A stretch of DNA of 64,000 nucleotides from Amoebidium appalachense. Lineage: Eukaryota > Protista > Ichthyosporea. The stretch is taken from NCBI GenBank assembly GCA_963693365.1, contig CAVNZM010000007.1, positions 2,713,979 through 2,777,978 on the forward strand, read 5' to 3'. The notes under the pieces are model-generated. The model made no database searches, had not been told where the DNA came from, and worked only from the letters and a program-made list of their open reading frames with translations. The position numbers and the translations under genes were made by a program. How positions within the stretch are numbered: position 1 is the first letter of the stretch; each line of letters starts with the position of its first letter. This document shows, piece by piece, positions 41,510 to 62,643 of this stretch.

Positions 41510-43393
41510 GCACACACTCACACACACACATACACACACACACACACTGGCACATGTGCACACACGCACGCGCGCGCGCGCACGCGAGCGCACGCACGCA
41601 CGCACGCACACACACACGCGCATGTGTGCGTGCGTGCGTGCGTGCGTGTGTGTGTGTGCGCGTGTGTATGTCTGTGTTTTTTCAAGTCCCCGGGCACTCC
41701 AAGACTTCCCGGCCACGGGGCAAAATCTATTGACCCGACTTTGAAGCGGCCAAAGTCGCGACTTTGGGGGAAAAAAAAAAAAAGAAAGAAAAAAAAAAAA
41801 AAAAGGGATACCCGTTATAATTTTTAACCGGACAGGGTTTCGTCTGAACGGTTGTTATTTCCAGTTTCGCAGAGGGGTGCTACCCACCCAACCGACGGCG
41901 GTATGGAGTAAATTTAGACGTTGAAAAAGGTCAAAACAAACACAATGAAGCTTAAGGAACAGCACGAAACGCCGAAGGGCATATGCATCGGCCAGCGCGG
42001 CGCGGCTGTCGGTGTGAGATAAATGGCATGCAAGTCATGCACAGAAACTGCCGTAAGTACATTAAAGATTCCAGTTGGTGCTTTATGAACCAATAATGCT
42101 GGACTAAAGATTGGAATGACCAATGACTAACAGTTCTAACACTTTTGCCTTTATAGGCTACTTTGGTTTCATGTATGATTGGCTAGTTCAAAGAGTTACT
42201 TTGATCTAAGAAAAAGATCCTTCGTCCGTCTAGACGACACTTCACAAACAACAGAAGCTGAGAGGGAGTACAAAGCTGGACTAAAAGATACCAAATATAT
42301 GTAGCCGCAATGTAGCTTCTGCAATTTATTTCTGATAAATAATTATTGAAAGAGTTGCTAAAGGGCTGTTTCAAACGCTTTACGGAGCACAGCCAGGCCA
42401 AACGATAGTATGCGCGCGTACCGTCCTGGTCAAATGACACCAGGGATATGGCGCTGTTCTATTGGTTTAATGTCAGTGGTTGTGAGGTGCGCAAATACGT
42501 TACTGCATCACGGTGATGCTGTGGAAGCGTTGCTGTTGGCCGCAAGAAGCAGCAGTATGTTGTATTATGCCCGTGTAATAACGTCTACAAAATTGTTTTA
42601 TCAAATGCAGTAAGTGTTTAGTATTATTTGTTTAAGATATTCAACATTAGAGCAGCCTTGCTTTGAGCCTGCCGGCCAAAAGCTATGGCAAGCTATCTCG
42701 GCGAATCACACCAAACGGTCAGATCTGGGTCATTAGCCTATTAGGCGTGTCAAAAGCAGCTCCAACTCGTGCAAGCGCAGTTCTTGACCATGTCTTCAAA
42801 ATTGCTATTAAGTATAACTTAAATAAATAATAGTCTACATAAATTGGGCTTACATGTGCATTAAAGCACAATATAAGTGTTGTTTATCAGGCGCCTTCAG
42901 AAGTTCTCCTTCAAGCGAGGAATTTCGCAGGGTCCAATTCACCAATCAGCGTCCAGATTCCTTTCACTCACTAAATTCGCTGTGAAACGACTGGCCCACA
43001 CGTCATCGCTCGTTTGATAGTCCATTACACTCCCCCCCAACACCCATAACTATCACTTTCGTGTCGTAACACAACCCATTTTCTCGCTGCGTGTGTTTAG
43101 CTCGTTACTGCTTCTTTACTTCTTTTGTTTCATAACCTTTTTCTCTTGGCAGCTTGCGAAGTTCTGAGAGAAAGTGCAGCGATGACGGTAGTGGTATAGA
43201 ATTGAGAGGTTGTTTTGTTTCGGTGGTTTCATATCTGCGTTGAATGTTGAAGCCCTCCTCTCGAAGTGTTCTTTCGACGTAGCTCTTGTCGACACACGTT
43301 CTCGTTACTTCTTAACTTTCAGGCTGAGAAGTTGACGAATTTGCTTGACGAGCAAGCAGAAGAAGTGCCGACGTTGTACATTTCTTCTGCACA

Positions 43394-44985
43394 ATGAGTG
43401 AAGGGAGAACAGGTCTTGGTCATTCTCACCTGGGTAGCGGTGGGCGCAACAGCGGGGCACAATCACAGTCACTTAGAAGACGCTTGAGCAAGTTGAGAAT
43501 GTGGGGGTTCAGGGCAAACGGAACAAGCACGAGTGCTGGTAGCTCTAGCTCTAGCAACCTAATTGGTGCTGGAAAGACTGAAAGGTCAAGGAGGCAGGCC
43601 ATGGAGATCTTAGTCTTGCACATGTCGTCATGGAGGGAGAGATCCACGCACGAGCTTCATGCTCTCCTCCTGCAGCTTCGGTCCTACACGGAAAACGGTG
43701 GGTTTCAGGACATTTTTCCTGGTTTGTTACCTTATTTGGAGAGGTATCCAGAAGGATGGAGAGGGAGGAATGGGGGTTCGGGGTGGTTGGGCGTTTTTCT
43801 GGATCTAAACTTCGCAACATGGTGTCTGTTTCAGTATAGATCTATCACGCACATGTCAAACCTCCAAAGTTTGGGGCTGTTGTGAAAACCTAGTGTTCCA
43901 AAAAGGGCAGAACGCACCATCGAAGTTACTTAAAAGCAGCCGGGGGCTGCTAACACCTCTTGGTTCTTCTCCACTTGGCCATTTTTCTTACTTCTTGATT
44001 CTGATTTCGGTTTTCCTTAACAGACGACATGGAGAGCCAATATTGTCGAATGGCTGCCTTCTCCATCGTCCCAAAACTCGCCGAGATCTTGGCTGGGTAC
44101 AGCGGGTCAACAGAACCCGTTGCCATCCACGTCTTGAGCGAAAGTTTAGCATGCCTACGCTTTGTCACCAAGGGTGAAGGTGAGGATCCTTGTTTTTCGC
44201 TCAGCCTTTTTTGTAGTTCGGATCCCTAAGTTTTGTAGTAAGTAGTCGATGTTTCTTTTCCTGTTGTGTTGCCAGGCATTCACATACCGAACACAGCACA
44301 CATTGCTGGTGGCTGCTGCTTGAAGTGAATGTCGCACGCAGAAGCTCAAAACTCTGTCATTTGGCACAAACTTCCAGTATAGAGCAACGAATGGCTCAGG
44401 GTTGGTCTTTGCAATAGGGGTTTCTCATTTGTCTATGCAGGCACCAACATCAGCTCGGCAACCAACTGCGGAGTGCTCCTTCTCTGCCGCGACATCATGC
44501 GCATGTATGGGTCACACGCAGAAATTCAGAGATATTGCTGCATGGTCTTCCGTTCCTTGACCTTCAACCGAGGTAAGCACTTTAAAGCATGCCTTTATAA
44601 TAAGAATATGCACCAGGTTGCATGTCTTGCCTTCTGAACTACTGTAAACTCCCTTTATAAATTTATAAAACGCAAAGAGAACGAATCAACTACAGCGACT
44701 TACCAGAATGTGCTTTCCTTGGATAGTTTAAGCTTAATAATTATCGTGTTTCGGCAATACCTTTGTTTGTATTTGTCTAACAGGTATGCCCCTTGCAGCG
44801 GACAACCAGCGCTACGTAGTGCAGGTCGGTGTGGTGCCTCTAATTCTTGCTGCCATGCGCCGCTTCCACGCCGACCCCACAGTCCAGTCTGCCGCCCTCA
44901 TGTCCATCCAGAACATCACCTGGCTAGTAGGTACGTGGCAATTATCCGGGCTTAGTCCATATATATACTCAGTGGCTCTCCTTTT

Positions 44986-45020
<35 letters not shown>

Positions 45021-45775
45021 TTCCCCCTACCCCTCTCTGGCGGTGGCATGCCACCCCGTAGTATCAGGGAAAGATTCTATCCTTTAAGGAAGAATCTGGA
45101 CATGTAAACATAACCACTGCTACGATTTTAAAACAGATTCTTGGCCCGTAGACTTTGGGTACTGATCGATTTTTATTTTTTTTCCTGCCACAGAGGACAA
45201 CAGGACGACGGTAGAGCGGGAGTCAGGCATCCAACAGATCCTCGAGGCTATGGTGGCCCACAAGGAAAACGTAGAGGTCCAGAAGTGGGCCTGCGGCGCT
45301 CTGCAAAACCTTGCTTGTTGTGGTATGTATAACCCCCCTCCTCCTCCCCCCTCCCCCCCCCCCCCTCTTGCTTATGGCATGCACGTGTGCTTGGTTTGCC
45401 ACTTTTCAGTTATGCAAATGGGCGTGTCTTGCACAGCTACACTGGGAGAGAGGGGGGAGGGGGAGGGGGGGAGGTGGGTTGAAATGTGAATTACTTAATC
45501 TACATCATGCAAGTCTGGGACACATAGAACTTGGGTAGCTCGAATGTGTAGTCTAACCCCGTTGGTGTATGTCTACGCAGTGTACTGCACCATGCGGCTA
45601 CTGGAGATCGGTGCCCTTCACATCGTGCTCGGCGCCATGGCCAACCATCCGTTCGACCCAACCGTCCAGAACTACGGCCTTGGTGTTCTCAGAAACATTT
45701 CTTATCTGAGTATGCAACCCCTCCCCCTCCCCCCCCCCCCCCCCCCCCCCCTTTCTCTCCCCCCCCCCCCCCCCC

Positions 45776-45808
<33 letters not shown>

Positions 45809-46573
45809 AAAGCCTCACCCCGGGACACACACACACGCACACACGCACGCGCACACACACACACATAGACACAAAAAGAGGGACCTGGTTGAAATGTGTG
45901 AGCTAAGTGATTATTGGCACACGACAACTGTATGCATAGAACAGCCAGTTCGTGATTATTAGACCACTCGAGAGGTTATTTGCACATGGTAAATTTGGCT
46001 GCACTATTCTTCATGGGCTCACGGTTCTTCTCCCACACAGGAGAAAACCGCATGATGGTTGCGCAAAGCGGGGCCATCCCACTGGCCATCCGGGCCATGA
46101 AGCTGCATCTGGACGACATAGAGGTGCAAAACAGCGCAGCGTCTTTCTTCTTCAACACCGTTATTGATGTTGGTATGTTATCCCCCCCCCCCCCCCCCCC
46201 CCCCCCCCTTGCCCCCCTAAACACACACACATGCACACACATACACACACTCCCGTCTGGTTCCTTTTCCCTGGGGTCTCTTCAGACGTTTTAATACATG
46301 TTGGTCATTCTTCGTTTAGTCCTTAACCTCCAAGATTTGACCTACATATACACGGGAAGTCAGCCTTTTCTGGGCTCTGTGCGCCAATCGCATCCTTGCA
46401 CACAAACACCTAACAAGTGTGTTTTTTCCTTTTGCAGAGGACAACAGCAAGATTGTGCTGAGCCACGAGGGTCTGCTGCCGATTCTGTTTGCGGCCAAGG
46501 CGGCACACGACAAGGAGGTGCGGTTTGCAGACAAGGCCAATGCCCTGCTGGACCAGCTGGCAAGAAACACCCA

Positions 46574-46612
<39 letters not shown>

Positions 46613-47541
46613 GGGGGAGGAGGGGGGGTGGGGACGGGGCCTGGGGAGGGGGGAAGGGGGGGGGGGGGGGGGGGGGTTGAAAGTTGTGAGGGTGGTGGTT
46701 GTGTACGGGTGTGCGTCGAATAAAACAAGTTTGTGTACAGTGGGGTGTTCAAGAACATGTGGGGTAACTTAGATCTGAACCTTTGTGCATCTACTTTAGC
46801 TTAAGAACACTGCCACCTCTATTACTAGCAGACCTTCGCACAGTGGGCAACCCCAAAACACACCACTAACTTGTGCATATTCCTCCTCCCCCAGGTCTCT
46901 ACATCGACCTCCACAAGCAAGTGGGCCCGCACTCCCTTCGTGAGCTTGCCATGCGGGTTGCAGCCAACGACATGCGCAGCTGCGTGTACATGCCGGACGA
47001 GCTCAAGTACGACATGGTGCGTGCCCGCCGCTGCGACATGTGCCAGAACAACTACGTGCAGTGCAGCCTGGTGGCCTGCAAGCAGAAGGTGAGCAGTGGC
47101 GGCCCTGGTCCCTTGCGCTGTAGCTGTCGGTGGTGGTTAGGTAGAGAATGTTTGTTTTTTTTCCTTTTTTTTCTGTGTGGGGGGGGGGGAGGGGCCACGC
47201 GGATAGACCAAATGAAAGTAGGAAATGGTCTGAATCGCAAGTGGCGATGGTTTGTGCAACAGACCACTGGGTAGGCCGGCATGCCCCTATATTAAGTTGT
47301 AGCTGACTCCACCTCCCCTCCCTCCCCCACACAGAATATGAGCTGGGTGCTGTACCACGTGTGCGGTCAGAAATGCGCATCTACGGCCGTCAAGGAAACA
47401 CTTGCACAGCACCGCACAGTCACGGCCATGGCTGCAGCACAGGCACGGGGTGGGGAGGAAGCGGCCAATCACGTCATGCCCCCGCACATTGTCCCTGTTG
47501 ATGTGCCCCAGGATGGTCACGCGCTCCCTCAGGCTGGTTGA
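43394..47541 (+). CDS. Armadillo-repeat protein with a C-terminal BC-box-like and CxxC...CxxxC module, 10 exons
   Basis: Phase-consistent exons 43394-43721, 44024-44179, 44441-44572, 44799-44930, 45194-45322, 45581-45709, 46041-46172, 46438-46575, 46895-47088, 47335-47541. The repeats are of the type GIQQILEAMVAHKENVEVQKWACGALQNLA. The tail reads PHSLRELAMRVAA...MPDELK...RCDMC...VCGQKC. Confidence 0.88.
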
Positions 47542-47650
47542 GTTCAGTGAATTATCCGCCGCAACGCCAACCAACCCGAGTTCAGATGTGATTACTACTG
47601 ATGAGAATTTGAGTGGCTCTGTATACCAGTTATGGCCTGAAGTAAGGATT

Positions 47651-47827
47651 ATCTGAACTCAAACGCTCAAAACTTCAAAACGAATCAAGGGATTGGTAGT
47701 GACGAAGGCTTCGGCACCCAAAGCGACGAAAGAAACTTTATCTGAACTCAAACGCTCAAAACTTAAAAACGAATCAAGGGATTGGTAGTGACGAAGGCTT
47801 CGGCACCCAAAGCGACGAAAGAAACTT
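47651..47827. repeat. Tandem duplication of an 89-bp unit downstream of the ARM gene stop
   Basis: ATCTGAACTCAAACGCTC...GCGACGAAAGAAACTT occurs twice with one internal mismatch. Confidence 0.9.
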
Positions 47828-48784
47828 AACAAACCAAGGAGATTGATAATATACGCTGTTATGACTGCCTTTTTTCTTTTTGGCAGGTTTCAAATGCAAC
47901 GAATGATAACTCATATATTCATTCGGCCATTATTTATAGTGCATGCTTTGTTTTATATTGATCGGGTTTCTTCTTTAACCTCGTAGATACGAATGATGCG
48001 TTATATTTGGCACTACGGCACGGCTTCGATGCCTGCTCGGCCAAGTATGTGGGAGGTGTTAGGCCTTACTAATGCTTTGGTGTGAACTTAAATGCTTTCG
48101 ATCGTTGCTGCTTTTTTATAGTTTTAAAAGCTTTTCACAGTAGTTTTTGAATGTGCTTATTCAAAGTACTTTTTGAATGCACTTAAACACATCTGGCAGA
48201 ATGGAATATACCAACTCGAGAAAAGAAACAGATAAATGAACAATCAATTTCATCATCATTAGATTTGAACTTTAAAGCAAAAGGAAGTAGGCGATGTAGC
48301 AACGCAGTTGAAGCATATGCATGAATCAACCTATCAGATAACAGTACCACTCCTATAATGCTACATATAGGTGCTGCGTCAGACGTTGATCGTTTGTGCC
48401 CTGTGGGCAGCGCATGCACACTGTCAAAATAAACCACTCTAGTTCTCGGCGTGTGCTAACTTTGTACTAACTTGACAATATCTACATACGCGCTGGCTAG
48501 GAAGCACTAGGTTTCCGATTGCAGACTCTTATTCCTAAGAAGGGGAAAGACACGTGCTATACGGTGAAACACAACGTCCGTGCGCATGTGCATGGGAGTC
48601 AATGATCGAAGGGAAGCTACACATGCCCGAAAAGTCCATGTGCAATCACCACTTTTACTGAAAATTGCATTGCCTATGCACACATATAATATCATGGTGG
48701 TCGCGCATAGCAAACCATGCACGTGCACAAAGACGTCAGGTACATACACCTGCTGTGAAACCCTCGGGTACGTAGGCATGACCA

Positions 48785-48872
<88 letters not shown>

Positions 48873-48873
48873 G

Positions 48874-48944
<71 letters not shown>

Positions 48945-49229
48945 ACCACACCTTTTAACTCTCCGGCAACACCACAGTCACACCAGCTTCCAAATGCGCA
49001 CTAAACTATAGCTGAGCCCTTCTTCCCCCCTCCCCCCCTCCCCCCAAAGGCTTGGGCCAGTCAAAACTTTAACACTTCGAAGATTGAACTGTTGCTGTGC
49101 CTTTCATAAAATATTTTGCATTGCTGTGTATTGTTTGTTTCATTGTTGTAACCACTGCCGATACCCTATTTCCAACCACACAATTTATAAGTATATGTAC
49201 AGTGTACACAAACATGGATCAAAGCATTA

Positions 49230-56388
<7,159 letters not shown>

Positions 56389-57090
56389 GGTGCTAACAAT
56401 TCGCTACGAAGAAGAACATGTTAGGTAAAACAAACTAAAGAAAACAGAAAACGAAAGCAAAAATAAACATAGGAAATCCAGAACACCATACTGCCATATG
56501 AGCTGGGAGTAGTCTAACGCTGTAGCACTCCGCACACGATCGGCCTCTATGGCCAAGTCTATGAAAATGACGTAAGGAAGACTTGGCGGGAAGTTTGCGC
56601 AATCACTTCTGAATCGGGTCATTTCATGCATGGTTCCGAATCGTCTCAAGCGATTCGAGCTCTTGACCCGACCCGTCGAAACCCCGCAAGCCTTTTGCGG
56701 AATATGCCAAATCATGCAATATCATGCATCAAGCCGATGGATAGCTCAAAATGCACGATGGCTCTATTTCGGTGAAATTTGCCCCGCCTCAAATTCAGCC
56801 AATCCATGATGTTTATTCTGTCATTTATTACCGTAAGTAGAAAGCGGTTCGATCGGATTCGTTGAGTGTAGGAAACTTCGCGGCAGTGTTTCATGTCCAT
56901 GTTTTTCACGGCCTCCCAACCGTCACTTTTTCAGCTGACATTTCGCCGTTTGTAACGAACCCCTCGTTTCTCATTCCTCTACCGTTGTAGGGAAAAGCGC
57001 GGGCAAAAGTAAACCAACCACCAAGGATAGCATTAGCACTTGCAAAGTATATAACTTATTTTTAGTTCAGGCTCTCTAGTTGACGCAAAA
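56389..57090. promoter_or_regulatory. Short bidirectional promoter region
   Basis: A 700-bp microsatellite-free interval between divergent ATGs, with AGCCAATC near 56800. Confidence 0.45.
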
Positions 57091-58294
57091 ATGGCGCAGC
57101 TGCAACCACTTACGCCTTTGCCAAACACCGACACCGAGGGTGAAGGGCATGAGGGGCAGGAACATGAACATGAACAGGACCAACATGAACAGGACCAAGA
57201 CCAAGATCATGACCATGAGGTGACGGGACACGAGGAGTCAGAGATGGAAGGGCAAGAATCACAGGCGGAGGGGATGCACACACAGTCAGAAGGGGAGGGT
57301 TTGTTGGGACAGCACGATTTAAAGGGGAAGTACCCTCGTGCGCGTGCACAGAGGTCACTTGTTTGGGACCATTTTTCGCTCGATGTTGATCCTGCCAAGA
57401 ACAACAAGCAGGTGGGTGCTGTAAAACCTTTTTATTTAATGTTTAAACGGGGAAACCCTTAACTTCCAGGGTTTTTTTTTTTATTTGCAGACAAGTCTGT
57501 AAACAGACTTGCTTCTAATGGTACGAGTACTCGATCCCGGGTTTCTCTTCAAGGTGTGCTGGGACAACTTAATATTTCAGCAAGCTGCCAGAGCTTCTTC
57601 AATGTCGTGGGATCTCAACATGTATTAAAGTGGAACACAGGCGGGTAGACACGACACTAGGCTCTTCGGTACTCGCCTAAGTAATGCAACTTGCACTGTG
57701 TTTCTTTCTTGCCTTGGTTTCTTTTGGCACTCACCCACGAGCGCGTAAAGCACACCTACCGTACAACGAGTGCCGACCTTTCGGGTCTAACACTTCTCAT
57801 CTGTGGAACCTTTTATTCTCTAATAACTGGAAGTAGGCTCCAAAAATGACTGGTTGGACTCTTTGCTTTTTAATCCGATCGACTTTGTTTGTTTCCTCAA
57901 TACGTGCATATTTCGGCCCAGTCTTTGAACCGCCGCTTTGCACATCTTTCAACCCCCCCGTTTGTACTTCTTCTGACCCCTGTTTCGCACATCCATGAAA
58001 CCCCATCAACCCCTGCTTCACACTCCATTACCCACCTTTCATGCGTCCATCCACCGCCCTTTCCACTCACCCACAATCCCACCTTTTCACACATCCAACA
58101 ACCCCCCTTCTCACACGTTTTCCCCACAGGTTGCCACGTGCCACTACTGCAGCAAGGTGCAGGCAGCTAATGTCACGCGTCTTCGCGAGCACCTGACCAA
58201 GGAATGCAATGAGACACCGCAGTCGGTCAAGGATGCTGTGTCAAAGGACCCCGCCCAGTACAACAAGAACCCCCTCAAGAAGTCAATGCCCAAG
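57091..58294 (+). CDS. BED zinc-finger protein (first two exons; C-terminus uncertain)
   Basis: Exons 57091-57411 and 58130-58294 encode an acidic/His-rich N-terminus followed by RSLVWDHF...VATCHYCSKVQAANVTRLREHLTKEC, matching the BED consensus W..F, CxxC, HLxxxC. Confidence 0.85.
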
Positions 58295-58413
58295 GTAAGT
58301 ACTGAGAGGGCGGGGCATGAATTTGAAGTGGAGAAAAAAACGTCTTGGGGTTGTTTTGAGTTGGCTGTCAGGTGTGTAATTTTTATTTTTTTTTTATTTT
58401 TTTTTTTTTATTT

Positions 58414-58445
<32 letters not shown>

Positions 58446-58844
58446 GGGATGAGAGAGAGAGAATGTGCGTGCGTGTGTTTTTTTTTTTTTTGGGGGGGGG
58501 GGGAGGGGGGGGAGGGGGGAATTGGAACAGAGAAAGAAGCATTCTATGGTTCTTTTGAACTGGTTGGTAGCTTTTTTTTTTTTTTTTTTTTGTGGGGGGG
58601 GAGGTCGGGTAGAGGGTCCTTGTTGAAGGTGGGTACTGTGTTCGTCTTTCTTTTTGAGTGAGGCTTTCTTAACGCATGGAGCGAGATCTGAAGTTGGGTG
58701 TATTATTTCAATATACATGCAAGAGCGATAGGTGCAAACCAACGGTGGATTGACGATGGACTTCGATTAAAACCTTTACCACTTCATCGCAGTTTATGAA
58801 AACAAAGAAAGCAACGGCCGAATTCTTCGGAAAGGTACTGTAAC

Positions 58845-58886
<42 letters not shown>

Positions 58887-59195
58887 ACACACACACACAT
58901 CCACACTCGCACGCGCGCGCAAAAAAATAAAAATAAAAAATGGCGATTCATGAAGAAGGCGTGGTTGAAAAAAGAGACAAGAGAGTATGAAAAGGATGGA
59001 GCGAAAGGAAAAATATCGCATTAGAAGGCAAGTTGGAAGGTACATTAAACTCCTTGAGTATGATGAGACGCGAGAAACAAAAAGGTATGATGGAAAGGGA
59101 ATGGTGGGGAAGGGCATGCCGGAGACGAATGGTTATGTGGTGGCCAGAAGAATGAGTCGCGTGGAAGGGGAGGGGGGGGGGGGGGGGGGGACTGT

Positions 59196-59230
<35 letters not shown>

Positions 59231-59636
59231 ACTTCTGTAAGTTTGTTTAGGTTGTAGGTTGAAGTAGTTTTTGGCTACTTTTGTCATAGGGCCACCCACC
59301 ATACCTGCCCGATTTTCAGTTCGCGGTGGTGCATGGGCAGGCCAAGCATAGTTTTTGGCGAGGTGGGTCGAAGTCAACACTCAACATGGTGGGCTTTTGC
59401 GCATGTGTGATTTCTGGGTTGGGTGTGGTGTCAGGAAAAGGATCGGGTTTTTGTTTATTTTTCTTTTCTTTTTTGGGGGGGGGGGGGGGGGGGGGGGGGG
59501 AGGAAGGGGGAAGGACAGGCCGGTTAAGATTGGTGGATGGAGAGAGATGAGCCAAATAAGAGATCAGTCGGGGAAACGAGCCCCCATAGCCAGGCCGGTC
59601 TCGGGGGTGCAAATCTGATATCTGTTTGGATTTTAG

Positions 59637-60473
59637 GATGTCCCCATTCCGCCACGGCCCGACGGGTTCCGGTACAACGGCACCGCACTTTCCCCCATTC
59701 AGCTGGAGGTCTTCTTGGATCCATGCTGCCCGTACAGCAGGTGGGTGTGGGTGTTGGTGTGGGTGTTTGTGTCTGTTCTGTGTCTGCGTGTGTCTGTCAG
59801 CGTGTGTGTGTGGGAGAAAGGGTCAGGGGGAGAGTTCTTGTTACAACTCATGATCTATGTAGACATGCAGAGTATGAGACACATGTACGATATGGAATGA
59901 ATACGGTAGCCGTAATGGATGCGATGGTGTTTTTGTTCTGTGTCCACGATGATGGGATAGATGGGTTATACACCCGCTACGCTTGACAAATCATGCAGGT
60001 TTACTTCTGTGCGGCTTGGTAGTCTTAATCTTTCTAGGTGCAGTACCAGACTTAGTGTTACCAATTTCAGGTTCAATACGAAATTGACGTGATTTCTCTG
60101 TCTAACAACTTGCCGTTTGTCCAAATTTCGTCATTTGGGGGGTTTTCCACCTTTTAACATCAATGGTTTCTGTGCACAGGGGGGCTGGAACAACATCAAG
60201 GATGTTGCCATGCACTATCGAGACCGTGTATCCATCCTTGTGCACGTGTTTCCTCTGCCCTACCACCATAATTCATTCACCATCTGCCAGGTAAAACTAT
60301 ATATTAATTCTTAGTTTCGTTTTTTTCCCCGTTCTGCCCGGGTTTCCTGTTTCCTTCCCTGCCCATCCCATCTCGGAGGCATGGGCATACATAGTATGTA
60401 TCCGTTTTCTGATGTCGTCTGTATGGCCGTGGTAGTTGTGATTGTGGTTTTGTTGGCCTTCTACAACTATTTG

Positions 60474-60514
<41 letters not shown>

Positions 60515-60751
60515 ACACATGCTCTATGCGACATGGCAGTAATCCTGTTTGTTGTGTTGCAGGTGGGGACGGCGCTGGGCAAGGCCAACCACAAGGCTTT
60601 CTTCATCTGGCTGGAACAAGTGTTCCAGTATCAGGAGGAGGTGACAAACGCAAAGACGGAGAACCTCACCCCAGAGGAGATTGCTACCCTCATGGTCGGG
60701 TTTGGAGAGGAGGTACGTGTGTGCGTGTGTGTGTGTGTGGTGGTGGTGGTA

Positions 60752-60788
<37 letters not shown>

Positions 60789-62299
60789 CGAAGAGATTGC
60801 TACCCATATTGTCGGGTTAGGAGAGGAGGAACTTTGTGTGTGTGTGTGTGCGTGTGTGTGTGTCAAGCATACATCACAGAATGCCCGTTTGGCAAAGCTT
60901 CTTCGGCCGTGTACATCTTGACTTACTGATGTGCAAGTATACCGCAAGGGATTAGAAAACAGCTTTGCAGAGCAAAACACACCAATCTTTATTATATTTA
61001 TCTATTGTCGTTGTTGTCTCCGGTTATCTTTTCAGTTATACCCCTGCTGATCATATTGCCCCCAGGCCGGGTTTACAGAGCAGCTGATCAGAACGGCACT
61101 TGCTGACCCAGCGGCAGATCATGCTACCCGTATCTCGTGGAAATATGCCTGCACAAGTATGAATTCCCCCCCCCCCCCCCCCCCCCCACCCCCCTCCTTT
61201 CCCGGGAACGCTACACAAACATAAAGCGTTTCACGAACCTTGATGAGATGGCGTCTTTTTAAGGGTCTCCTACCTGTACAGGTATATTTTGATTTCGGTT
61301 TTCGTACTTTTGATCATTGTGATTGCCCGACGTCCCCCCCCCCCCCCTCCCTCCTCATCCTCCTCATCCTTCCCTCCCGCGTGCCCACACACACCACCTT
61401 CTCCGGCCTGGTGTATGCCTTCAAGATGAGAATATCTTTTTTGAAATGATCTGTGCTTTGTTACACTCGACAATCCACCAAACCCCCCCGCAACCAGCAT
61501 GATTCCGGCTGCTGGAAGCCCGCAGCCAATCAGAAATTCGAAAGCGATTCGATCTTTATAAGTCTATTAATCAGCGATCTGATTGGCAGAAGGCGAATTG
61601 GCCAGGTTCAGATGGCCTGAGTTTCGGGTCGGCCCCTGGAGTTTTTTGTCCTGCTGGTGGATTTTCTTGCATATCGCAAACTTATAATTTAAAAGTATAA
61701 TCTAATAACTTGTAACTTGCTCGCCTTGCTAGCGCGAATGCTCGCTACCGCTTCACTAATATCGCGACACGGATTCGCAAAGATTTGGAATTGCAATGAC
61801 GTCATTCCAAATTATAACCCGATTCGACAGTGGTCGATCGGTCGAATTTTGAACCTAGCCAATCAGAAATCGTATGAAGGTCACAAGTAGACTATTATGG
61901 CAAGTTTAGTAATTTCAATTCCTTCAATCCGGGTCACACCAATCATTTCACGCGCTCAGCAGCCGGAACTATGCTCCCGCAACCCCGACCCCCAACCCCC
62001 CTGTGTATGATTTTTTGAATATGTATGTACGTGTGGGTATTTGTGTTCTTGTACCTTCACATGCAAGCACCCGTTTTCAGCTACATTTAGTGCATGTGTC
62101 TGTTTTGCTCTGATCCTTTTACGCTCACCCTTCCAGGAAACATCAGCGGCACACCCATGTTCCTTGTCAATGGCGTGATGATTAGTGGCTGTGCAACGTG
62201 GGACCTCAAGAGGTGGAAGCAGGTACTTGCTCACCCCAAACACACACAGGCACACACGCAGAGGCAGAGGCAGAGGCATACACCACACACACACACACA

Positions 62300-62370
<71 letters not shown>

Positions 62371-62593
62371 ACACACAAGGGCGCGCACATGTACAAACAT
62401 ACTGCACCACGTTCGTGGTGAATGTGTACATCATACTGTATGGCCCTTCCTCTCCCCTGCACGTTCTAGATCTCGCTACCCCTCCAAGCACGCACACACA
62501 CACACAGACACACACACACACACAATTCACTAAACTTCGCGCTGCCACCATGTACATATGCACACACACACGTAGCCCTTCCCCCCCCCTTCC

Positions 62594-62643
<50 letters not shown>

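Noticed and set aside
47690-47750. SECIS- or hammerhead-like motif (GTGACGA...GAAA) after a TGA stop
   Set aside because: The required helices do not pair.
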